Assembly (NCBI GenBank): GCA_026397235.1
Contig: JAPLVG010000023.1
Span: 1-61,050, forward strand
DNA from: Candidatus Berkelbacteria bacterium
Lineage (GTDB): Bacteria > Patescibacteriota > UBA1384 > XYA2-FULL-43-10 > CAINNR01
Length of the DNA: 61,050 bases
Direction: 5' to 3'
Below are positions 37,245 to 44,888 of the stretch, in pieces; the stretch's first letter is position 1; every line of letters starts with the position of its first letter. The notes beneath the pieces are model-generated. The model was not told the DNA's origin. It worked only from the letters and a program-made list of their open reading frames with translations, and made no database searches. The position numbers were made by a program, and so were the translations under genes.

Positions 37245-38252
37245 ATGGACAAAACGCCTAAAAACCAACTAAGCATTTTGATACGTTTTAGTTTTTGTGA
37301 TAGTAACGCTCAAGCAATAGACCTTTATACCAGAAATGCCTGTGTGCTAGCTCAAGCTGAGATAATAACATTTATATTAGGCGGACTCTGCCCCGGTGAG
37401 CCATTTGAAATTTTGACTTTACCACCTCAAAGTGGCTCATTCAAAGACTTAACAGTTGTAAAATTGTTAAATAATAACACAGGCTGCGTTGCAGCATTAA
37501 GCGTTTTGCTTATGGCGCTCCTGTTCAGCAGCCAGTTGAAAGTTAATAATACAACTTCAGACTTGAATGTTCTGGAGATTGTTGAAAAATGCAAAAACTA
37601 TGGAGTGAGTGAGGAGCTCACTGAAAAAGTGAAAAATATATGCAGCTCTTACTACCCTAAAAAACAGAAAAACATTTTCTATGAATCTGTAATAGCTGAC
37701 GAAAGTGTGACGAGCATCAAGCCAACGATAACAGAAGACCACGAAACTTTTGAAAAAGAAATTAATAGAAGTGATTTTCGAGAATTTATTGAAGAAATAC
37801 CGAAAGAAAAAGAATACTTGAAAACGGATTTATTGGGTCATATTCAGTTATCGCAGCCATTTATTGAAAAGCAGCAACAATATGGCAGGGGTGTTGCCTG
37901 GAAAGGGATGTATTTTGGCGAGGATGTAGTAGATGATCGAGGTGAAATAATTATTGAGGATGGCGAGAACATATTTTTCTACATGCAAGATGATGAATAT
38001 AAGGATCAGATATTAAAGCAAGAGGTCTCGTTTACTAGCGGTGATAATATCGGAGTCATTTTTGATGTTAATAGATATTATGATTACATTGAAAGTAGAT
38101 ATGGAAAGCCAAGATTGTATGTAAAAAAAGTGACATCTCATAATGATAACCTAGTTGAGCATAAGAAAGAATTGGAGATTAAAAGACAAGTCGTAAAGAG
38201 AGAAAAGCAAAATAAAAATCAAAAGTCGCTATTTGAGAATATTGAAACATAG
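37245..38252 (+). CDS. Hypothetical protein (one hydrophobic segment, acidic C-terminal half)
   Basis: 335 aa; no family recognised. Confidence 0.55.
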   Translation: MDKTPKNQLSILIRFSFCDSNAQAIDLYTRNACVLAQAEIITFILGGLCPGEPFEILTLPPQSGSFKDLTVVKLLNNNTGCVAALSVLLMALLFSSQLKVNNTTSDLNVLEIVEKCKNYGVSEELTEKVKNICSSYYPKKQKNIFYESVIADESVTSIKPTITEDHETFEKEINRSDFREFIEEIPKEKEYLKTDLLGHIQLSQPFIEKQQQYGRGVAWKGMYFGEDVVDDRGEIIIEDGENIFFYMQDDEYKDQILKQEVSFTSGDNIGVIFDVNRYYDYIESRYGKPRLYVKKVTSHNDNLVEHKKELEIKRQVVKREKQNKNQKSLFENIET

Positions 38253-38500
38253 CGTTAATACGGCAACAAAATTCTTAATAAAGATAGGGATCCAGCGCCA
38301 GTTGTAAATAATTTGGACAATAATTATGCAAAAACTAATTCAAGAATTTTTGAGAGTTAGGGATTTGCCCTACAGAATTCCACTTTCGTACGAAGATATC
38401 GAACATTATCAAAAAATTATTGTCGTCCTAGTCGAAACCAATCTGATTATGAAAGAAATCGACGAGGTTGTCGTTTTGTAAATAATGGTTACAGTTCTAT

Positions 38501-38529
38501 TGACAACTATATTTACATATATTATACTC
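38501..38529 (+). promoter_or_regulatory. Consensus sigma70-like promoter for the DUF2188 gene / TA module
   Basis: TTGACA (38501-38506), 17-nt spacer, TATACT (38524-38529); AAAGGAG SD before ATG 38556. Confidence 0.65.
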
Positions 38530-38555
38530 AGGGTAATTAACAAAGGAGTGTAATT

Positions 38556-38789
38556 ATGTCCGGTAAACAAATCTGGGTTTCGCCGGCTGATGACGGCTGG
38601 CGCGTTCACAAACCAGGAACAGTGAAAGATTCTGCTCGTACTGATACTAAAGCAGAAGCACTAGAAATCGCTGAAAGGATTGCAAGGAATCAAAACTTAG
38701 ACACAAAGGTTCAGCGAGCCGATGGTAAATTGTCAGCAGAGGGGAATACATACCCTCGTTCGCGAGACAAGTTTCCGCCACGAGGTTAG
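38556..38789 (+). CDS. DUF2188-family small protein
   Basis: 77 aa; WVSPADDGWRVHKPG...TKAEALEIAERIARNQ...RADGKL pattern. Confidence 0.7.
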   Translation: MSGKQIWVSPADDGWRVHKPGTVKDSARTDTKAEALEIAERIARNQNLDTKVQRADGKLSAEGNTYPRSRDKFPPRG

Positions 38790-38829
38790 TCAGTGAAGTG
38801 AATAATATAAATTAGCAGGAGGGGCTATC

Positions 38830-39585
38830 ATGAATTATTTTAAGAAATTGTTATTGGAGAAAAAAATTTCGCACGAGAAGCTTGCGGATATTTTTGGTAT
38901 TTCTCGTCCGACAGCCGCTAAAATCGCAAACGGTGATAAAGAAATGACCATAACAGAGCTGAGAAGGTTGGCAGAGGTGCTTGGAATTTCTGTTGACGAA
39001 GTGCTGGGTGAGAAGACGTCCGAAATTGTTTTAGAGTGTCCAAAGGAGAAAGCCAAGCCAACAGAACGAATCAGTGTTCCAGCAGAAGATGCTGAAAAAT
39101 TTAAGAATGTTCTGCTTTACATTACTCAAAAAATTGGAGCTCTTCCTAATGTTGGTCAGACTGTTCTGTATAAAATTTTATATTTCTGCGACTTTGATTA
39201 TTATGAGAAATTTGAAGAGCAACTTACTGGTGCACGGTATATCAGAAATCATTATGGGCCGACTCCAGTTGCGTTTGCAAAAATCGTTAAAACTATGATA
39301 ACTGCTGGAGAAATTGAAGAAGTAAAAACCAAATATTTCAATAAGGAACAAACCAAATATATCCCTGTGATCGAGCCGAACTTATCTGTATTGTCAGGGC
39401 AAGAGCTTAAACACATTGATGAGGAAATTGAGAAATTGGGAGGAATGACTGCTACTGAATTGTCGAACTTGTCCCATAAAGATGTACCCTGGATCGTCAC
39501 AAAGGAAGGGGATGAAATTCCTTACGAAACTGCTTTTTACAGAACACCTGACACCTCGGTAAGGGATTATGATGATAGTTTATAG
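38830..39585 (+). CDS. XRE-HTH + Panacea (DUF4065) domain antitoxin-like protein
   Basis: 251 aa; HTH ISHEKLADIFGISRPTAAKIANG; LYKILYFCDFDYYEKFEEQLTGARYIRNHYGPTP resembles DUF4065/SocA. Confidence 0.75.
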   Translation: MNYFKKLLLEKKISHEKLADIFGISRPTAAKIANGDKEMTITELRRLAEVLGISVDEVLGEKTSEIVLECPKEKAKPTERISVPAEDAEKFKNVLLYITQKIGALPNVGQTVLYKILYFCDFDYYEKFEEQLTGARYIRNHYGPTPVAFAKIVKTMITAGEIEEVKTKYFNKEQTKYIPVIEPNLSVLSGQELKHIDEEIEKLGGMTATELSNLSHKDVPWIVTKEGDEIPYETAFYRTPDTSVRDYDDSL

Positions 39586-39952
39586 CAAGCATCCAAGATT
39601 CGAAAAGCAGTTGAAAAAACTTCTAAAGAAGTATAGAACCCTGGAAGACGATTTGTTGATTGCCAAAAAAGCTGTAATTGAGCTATCACATGTTAATAAA
39701 ATCGACAACAGATCAGTTGAATTAGTTCCAGGATTTGATCATCAAGAAATTCAAATTTTTAAGATTAAGAAATTTGCCTGTAAAGCACTCGTTGGCAAAG
39801 GTGTTAGGAGTGGAATCCGAATTGTTTATGCATATTTTCCCGAACAAAATCATGTTAAATATTTAGAAATCTATTACAAAGAGAAAGATAACACGGATAT
39901 GGATTATGATTTTGTCAAAAATTATGTAGCAGAAATTATGAAGAGAACATGA
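39569..39952 (+). CDS. RelE/ParE-superfamily-like toxin partner
   Basis: 127 aa; overlaps the upstream gene by 17 nt; GIRIVYAYFPEQNHVKYLEIYYKEKD resembles the RelE/ParE-fold C-terminal strands. Confidence 0.6.
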   Translation: MMIVYSKHPRFEKQLKKLLKKYRTLEDDLLIAKKAVIELSHVNKIDNRSVELVPGFDHQEIQIFKIKKFACKALVGKGVRSGIRIVYAYFPEQNHVKYLEIYYKEKDNTDMDYDFVKNYVAEIMKRT

Positions 39953-39997
39953 CCATGCAATTCGAGTCCATATTACAATAACTATTATATAGAAAAT

Positions 39998-40042
39998 ATG
40001 AGCGAATATTACAAAGCAAATCGTGATTCATTTATTAGATAA
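39998..40042 (+). pseudogene. 14-codon remnant of the 5' end of a PD-(D/E)xK (Cas4-like) gene
   Basis: MSEYYKANRDSFIR*; the first 8 codons match the intact gene at 43741 (MSEYYKANR). Confidence 0.5.
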
Positions 40043-40090
40043 TATTATGAAAGATTATAAGATTTGGACAGGTAGAGAAAGATTGATTTC

Positions 40091-40687
40091 TTGCAAACCA
40101 ACCAAAAAATAATAGCATTCAATTTTATGGAAAAGCTCTCCTGCAATCTTGATAATACTAACTGGGAGAATATTCGGGTTGGGGCTCGGAAGTATATAGC
40201 CATAATGCAGATGGTTAAGAATACGAATGTTCGAACAGACGAAAGTTTTCGTAGAGCGTTTAATGGATTTTATCGTATAAGGCAGAGATCAAAAGAGTTT
40301 TACGATTTCCTTTATGAATATCTGGAAAGAAATAAAGAAATTAATACTTCTTTCAAACAAACATTATATTCTTTCTATGAGAAGTTTCAGCGTCTTGAGC
40401 CTTCATTTTCGAGTAAGATCGTAGCGACAATCAATCCAAACTTTCCTGTTTGGGATTCGGAAGTTCTGGCTAGGTTTGGGAAGAGAACACTTGGACATAA
40501 TTTAAACAAGGATATTAGACTGAAGGAAATGGTTAAAATATACAGTGAAATATCTGATTGGTATGCCGAATTTTTAGAAACTGACCAAGCAAAAGCAATG
40601 ATTGGATTGTTTGACCAAAAGATCGGCAAGCTAGAAATTACCGACATTAAAAAAATTGATTTAATTCTCTGGCAAACTAGGTCATGA
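40091..40687 (+). CDS. Hypothetical protein (start uncertain: TTG 40091 or ATG 40127)
   Basis: 198 aa; no family recognised with confidence. Confidence 0.5.
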   Translation: MQTNQKIIAFNFMEKLSCNLDNTNWENIRVGARKYIAIMQMVKNTNVRTDESFRRAFNGFYRIRQRSKEFYDFLYEYLERNKEINTSFKQTLYSFYEKFQRLEPSFSSKIVATINPNFPVWDSEVLARFGKRTLGHNLNKDIRLKEMVKIYSEISDWYAEFLETDQAKAMIGLFDQKIGKLEITDIKKIDLILWQTRS

Positions 40688-40782
40688 ATTCTGAATTAAT
40701 CAAAAAGAAAAGAAATACTATGTATAAACTTTCACCATCAGACTTTGCTTACTTGTACAAAGATTGTAAGCTTTGCTATTAG
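40684..40782 (+). pseudogene. N-terminal fragment of a second Cas4-like/PD-(D/E)xK-family gene ending at an in-frame TAG
   Basis: MNSELIKKKRNTMYKLSPSDFAYLYKDCKLCY* ; the S..F......C..C(F/Y) pattern parallels ISRSKLENFMNCSRCFY of 43741-44514. Confidence 0.4.
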
Positions 40783-40820
40783 TTAAAAATTAAACATGAC
40801 ATCACCCGCCAAAGGATTCT

Positions 40821-40865
40821 ATTCCACTTCTATGCGGAGTTTACCCTGTGGGAAGTATAGTAGTG
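40821..40865. repeat. Left copy of a ~45-52-bp inverted repeat
   Basis: The reverse complement CACTACTATACTTCCCACAGGGTAAACTCCGCATAG... matches 42728-42763 at 33/36 positions. Confidence 0.85.
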
Positions 40866-40936
40866 AAATACTGTGTCGGAGACACAAAAAGCTGGTATGG
40901 GTGTTTATGTAAATATCAATATATGACTTATAACTT

Positions 40937-41671
40937 ATGAAACCACAATATGATCTAGAGAAAATTAAGCTTGGAATTGATGAAGGAACGTGGAAGCGCG
41001 CAGTTGCTTTGTACGAATCTAATGCGGTGGAAAACTTCCGGGTACAATTTGGTGATTTTTTCGCGAAAGTAATTGGCGGCGAACCATATAATGTTTTTGT
41101 TTCATCGAAAGTTTATGACGAGGGCAATTGTAATTGTTATCTTGGGCGAAGTGAAATTTTGTGCAAACACATGGTTGCAGTCGCTATTTACGCTGTTAAA
41201 GGTGGACGCAAATTAACCAAAGAGGAAAAGGAATTGAGCCATCAGGTTGTGTTTAGCGGATTAGTTGGTGAACTAACAGAATTAGAATTAACCAATGTTA
41301 AAACAAATATCACAGCGTCACTTAAATATATTAAGTCTTACCATGGTCCCTCTCGGAGTTGGTTTCAATATCAAAATTCACTTACCGAGGGCTGTAATCG
41401 CTTAGCAAAAATTGTTTCTGGATTGCCTATATGCCCGCACACTTCGAGCATTCTAGTTGACTTGTTATTGCGGGCTGACAAGAAATTAACAGCTAGCGGC
41501 ATAGATGATTCAGACGGAATAGTTGGGGCATTCATTGAGGCGGTAGTGTTGTTACTCATGGATTTTTCAAAGTTAGATAAGAATTGTATAAAAACATTTT
41601 CGAAGTTAGTCGGCAAGGAAACCTGTTTTGGCTGGGAGTCCCCACTTTTAGAAATATATGATTCTTTATAA
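40937..41671 (+). CDS. SWIM zinc-finger protein
   Basis: 244 aa; CNCYLGRSEILCKHMVAVAIYA (CxC...CxH SWIM signature). Confidence 0.75.
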   Translation: MKPQYDLEKIKLGIDEGTWKRAVALYESNAVENFRVQFGDFFAKVIGGEPYNVFVSSKVYDEGNCNCYLGRSEILCKHMVAVAIYAVKGGRKLTKEEKELSHQVVFSGLVGELTELELTNVKTNITASLKYIKSYHGPSRSWFQYQNSLTEGCNRLAKIVSGLPICPHTSSILVDLLLRADKKLTASGIDDSDGIVGAFIEAVVLLLMDFSKLDKNCIKTFSKLVGKETCFGWESPLLEIYDSL

Positions 41672-41690
41672 TGGTTGAGATTTGTAATAG

Positions 41691-42441
41691 ATGAAAAGAA
41701 AAAAAATAACACAGAAAGAGCGGCGCACGATTGTTGAAAGTGTTGTCGGTAATGTGCCATGGGAGCAATTTACCCCCGGAATTTATAATAATTGTGATCG
41801 TTGGTGTGAGCGGTGCAGCAAAACTGAGAAATGTTATTTATTTTTTGAAGAGAAAAAAGAAGAGAATCGACGAACAAAAAGAAAAAAAGCCAAGAGATAC
41901 CGCTGGATCACTTAAAAAAGTTGGCGAATCACTTGGGCAAGTAAAGGATTTGATTCAGAAAATTTGTGATGCTGAAGGCATTGATGTTTCCATGACGCCA
42001 GAAGAGGAAGCTGAATATGAAAGAAGAGAGAAATTAACCGATCCGCACAATGATCCGATCGCTATCAGAGCCAGTAGATTATCAAAGTCAATATATAAAT
42101 GGTTGGATTCTGTACCGTCTCTAGACATGGTGAAGTATCAAGAAGCCTACGACCAAGTTTCTTGGCATTGGTCGCTGATTGGAGTAAAAACTGCGATGGC
42201 AATCCATTGCCAAAAGGAAACAGAAATTGAAGAAGGAAGTTCAAGAAAATTTGCCTTGGATCAACAACAGAAGTACAGCTGGATGGCTTATCGCTCGACC
42301 CAGATTTGCAAAAAAGGTTTTGAATTAATGGATGGCTATGTAAAAGATTCCAGAATAAGGCCCATTATTGATGAGAGTCAGAAATTAATGGGTCTAATCG
42401 ATAAAAAATTGTTGGCAACTGATATAATAATAAAGCAATGA
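41691..42441 (+). pseudogene. Cys-rich/helical protein gene requiring a +1 frame change in an A-rich tract
   Basis: ORF 41691-41915 (CDRWCERCSKTEKC...) and ORF 41731-42441 (+1 frame) overlap; plausible coding sense switches frame between ~41845 and ~41912, where A6, A5 and A7 runs occur. Confidence 0.5.
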
Positions 42442-42555
42442 CAGCGAGAGAATTAATGAAAATTAAAGGGTTCGAATTTGACGGGTTTATACGCTAAGAA
42501 AGAGTTTTAATCTTACGGAATCCCATAACATTAAAAAACTAAACTAGGAAAAAAT

Positions 42556-42717
42556 ATGTCAGATTATTACAAAGCAAATCGAACAAAAAATATCTTTGAT
42601 CCTAAATCGGATCAGGCTTTTAAGATCTCTAGAAGCAAACTGGAAAAATGTATTGTGGTTTGTCAGGTCGGTACGGTTAAATCAGCTTTCACAATTAGTA
42701 GAATAAAAAGAGTATAG
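42556..42717 (+). pseudogene. Truncated 5' copy (~30 codons of homology) of the Cas4-like gene
   Basis: MSDYYKANRTKNIFDPKSDQAFKISRSKLEK... parallels MSEYYKANRTKNLYDPKNDQAFKISRSKLEN of 43741, then diverges and stops at 42715-42717. Confidence 0.6.
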
Positions 42718-42727
42718 AATGATACGC

Positions 42728-42779
42728 CACTACTGTACTACCCACAGGGTAAACTCCGTATAGTAATAATAGATGGAAT
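42728..42779. repeat. Right copy of the inverted repeat
   Basis: CACTACTGTACTACCCACAGGGTAAACTCCGTATAG...GGAAT; partner at 40821-40865. Confidence 0.85.
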
Positions 42780-42883
42780 GCCGTAGCTGTTCCGCTTCTT
42801 ATATGTACTTTTCTATATACAAAACCATTGAAAATAGGTTAGAATAGGTATATAATCGGTTGAATTAATATATTGGGAGAATC

Positions 42884-43078
42884 ATGACTGCAAAACAAGC
42901 AGCACAACTTATTTCAAACATCAAAGCGGCAAGAGAAACTATTTCAGAGATGACGCCCGCACAGAGAAAAAACCTCGAGAGATCGTGGGATGTTGAGCAT
43001 GCCTATTATTCCAGTTCTTTAGAGGGCAGCAATATAAGTAGAAAAGAATTTAATAAAATTGCAGAAGATGTAAAATAA
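42884..43078 (+). CDS. Fic-inhibitory antitoxin-like small protein (class I FicA/VbhA-like)
   Basis: 64 aa; contains S-x-x-x-E-G (YSSSLEGSN), the inhibitory-helix motif; directly upstream of the Fic gene. Confidence 0.6.
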   Translation: MTAKQAAQLISNIKAARETISEMTPAQRKNLERSWDVEHAYYSSSLEGSNISRKEFNKIAEDVK

Positions 43079-43084
43079 AGTCTG

Positions 43085-43738
43085 ATGATAACTCGGCCTA
43101 AAGACAATAAAGATCTGGAAAAACGAGCGGCAATCGGAGTAATCCGTGCCGCTCGTTTTGTAAGAAGATACGCGAAATCAAACAAAGTAATTGATGTCTC
43201 AACGATAAGACTTGTTCACAAAGAAATTTGGAGAGATGTTTGGCCAGAAATTGCTGGAGAATACAGGATCGAAAATCTGGAAATTTCGGGATCAAGTTTG
43301 CAGCTACCACATTTTAAAGATGTGCCTAAATTAATGGAGAAGATGGACATTGAGTTTGCTAAAAAAATTAGCAAAACAGGTGATGAATGTAGGGGTGTGA
43401 TCGCAGACTTCGGTGAAATAAATGACGAATTGATAAATTGTATTGATAAAGTTGTTTCTTTGTCTACCTGGGTTCACCATAAGATAACTTTTATTCATCC
43501 CTTTCGAGAAGGAAATGGAAGAACGGCTAGATTGATAGCAAATCTAATTTTAGAACGATATGGTCTGGTCGGTATTTCAGTAAAGGTCGAGCGTGAAAAC
43601 AAGGATGCTTATATTCAGGCACTATCTCAAATTGACAAGATGGCTGACTATGAGCCATTAAAAAATTTAATTTACAAAGGGTTAGCTGAGAGGTATGAAG
43701 GAGTCGCAATGAAATATTATCCATTTGCCAAAGGTTAA
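43085..43738 (+). CDS. Fic-domain protein (AMPylase-type toxin)
   Basis: 217 aa; HPFREGNGRTARL active-site motif. Confidence 0.9.
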   Translation: MITRPKDNKDLEKRAAIGVIRAARFVRRYAKSNKVIDVSTIRLVHKEIWRDVWPEIAGEYRIENLEISGSSLQLPHFKDVPKLMEKMDIEFAKKISKTGDECRGVIADFGEINDELINCIDKVVSLSTWVHHKITFIHPFREGNGRTARLIANLILERYGLVGISVKVERENKDAYIQALSQIDKMADYEPLKNLIYKGLAERYEGVAMKYYPFAKG

Positions 43739-43740
43739 AA

Positions 43741-44514
43741 ATGAGTGAATACTACAAAGCAAATAGGACAAAGAATTTATACGATCCGAAGAATGATCAG
43801 GCTTTTAAAATCTCCAGAAGCAAACTAGAGAATTTTATGAACTGTTCGCGGTGCTTTTACATTGACAGAAGATTAGGGGTTGGCACACCACCAGGGTTTC
43901 CATTTAACTTAAATTCGGCAGTCGATACCTTGCTGAAAAAAGAGTTTGATATTTTCCGCAAAGAAGGCAAAAAACATCCGCTAATTGAAAAATACGGTGT
44001 AGATGCTCGGCCGGTCAGCCATGAAGAATTGGACAAATGGCGTGAGAATTTTGTTGGTATTCAATATTTACACCCAGAAACCAACTTTCTAATTACCGGT
44101 GCCATTGATGACTTGTGGATTAATTCTAAGGGTGAATACATTGTTGTTGATTATAAATCCACATCCAAAAATGGTGACATTGTCGCACTAGATCAAGCCT
44201 GGCAGAGTGGCTACAAAAGGCAGATGGAAATTTACCAGTGGTTGCTACGGAAAAATGGTTTAAAAGTATCAGATACGGGTTACTTTGTTTACTGCAATGG
44301 TGTTACCGATTGCGACAAGTTTGATAACAAGCTGGATTTTGAAATATCCCTAATTGCTTATGATGGTGACGATTCCTGGGTTGAGGATACTATTATAGAA
44401 GCTCACAAATGCCTTTGTTCGGACAAAATCCCTAGCGCCAATCCGGAATGCGATTACTGCAACTATGTATCTGCCGTTTCTGTCATCTCCAATACCAACT
44501 CCACAACCAAATGA
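43741..44514 (+). CDS. PD-(D/E)xK nuclease with Cas4-like four-Cys arrangement
   Basis: 257 aa; N-terminal CSRCFY, GAIDDLWINSKGEYIVVDYKS (D...D-x-K), QMEIYQWLL, C-terminal C...CDYC. Confidence 0.8.
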   Translation: MSEYYKANRTKNLYDPKNDQAFKISRSKLENFMNCSRCFYIDRRLGVGTPPGFPFNLNSAVDTLLKKEFDIFRKEGKKHPLIEKYGVDARPVSHEELDKWRENFVGIQYLHPETNFLITGAIDDLWINSKGEYIVVDYKSTSKNGDIVALDQAWQSGYKRQMEIYQWLLRKNGLKVSDTGYFVYCNGVTDCDKFDNKLDFEISLIAYDGDDSWVEDTIIEAHKCLCSDKIPSANPECDYCNYVSAVSVISNTNSTTK

Positions 44515-44522
44515 TTATGCCG

Positions 44523-44549
44523 CACTACTATACTTCGAAGTGTAGTAGT
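44523..44549. repeat. Near-perfect palindrome sharing the CACTACTATACTTC word with the inverted repeats
   Basis: CACTACTATACTTC|GAAGTGTAGTAGT; the first 14 nt are identical to the reverse complement of 40852-40865. Confidence 0.8.
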
Positions 44550-44566
44550 AGAATATAGTTTAGAAA

Positions 44567-44848
44567 ATGTCAAAAAAGGGAATTGATTCCGAATCAAAAA
44601 TATTGCTAATAGAATCGCTGAAGAAATTGAAAAGCGATGAGTTTATTGATTTTCTTGAATCATTAATGTCGTCAACCGAAATTAAAAACATTTCCCGGCG
44701 GACAATGGCGGCAAAGCTTTTACTGGAATATAATACATATGAGGATGTTGAGTTGTTGATGGGCATGTCGCCCGGTACCATCAACAAAATCCATTTCAAA
44801 ACCAAAGGAAGCCCGGCATTTAGAAAACTATTTACCAAAAAGGATTAA
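44567..44848 (+). CDS. TrpR/YerC-YecD-like small DNA-binding protein
   Basis: 93 aa; ...EFIDFLESLMSSTEIKNISRRTMAAKLLLE...GMSPGTINKI resembles the Trp-repressor-like family. Confidence 0.65.
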   Translation: MSKKGIDSESKILLIESLKKLKSDEFIDFLESLMSSTEIKNISRRTMAAKLLLEYNTYEDVELLMGMSPGTINKIHFKTKGSPAFRKLFTKKD

Positions 44849-44888
44849 TCTGACACTTCGATGCTTCGAATTATAGAAATGGAAAAAC

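Noticed and set aside
38326-38541. 71-codon + strand ORF (MQKLIQEFLRVRDLPYRIPLSYEDIEHYQK...) not listed in the ORF track
   Set aside because: By my reading the frame is open, but its 3' third runs through the consensus promoter at 38501-38529 and there is no SD. It may be a remnant of a decayed gene, and the evidence is not enough to call a CDS.
41731-41850. N-terminal 40 codons of ORF 41731-42441 as genuine coding sequence
   Set aside because: This part overlaps the better-looking frame-0 ORF (Cys-rich motif) and reads as hydrophobic or low-complexity sequence. I interpret the locus as one gene with a frame change rather than two overlapping genes.
42884-43738. Fic gene as a pseudogene split by TAA at 43076-43078 (both ORFs share one frame)
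   Set aside because: A separate ~60-aa protein bearing the S-x-x-x-E-G inhibitory motif upstream of a Fic gene is the established class I FicTA arrangement. The same-frame coincidence has a 1-in-3 prior. This is kept only as a caveat.
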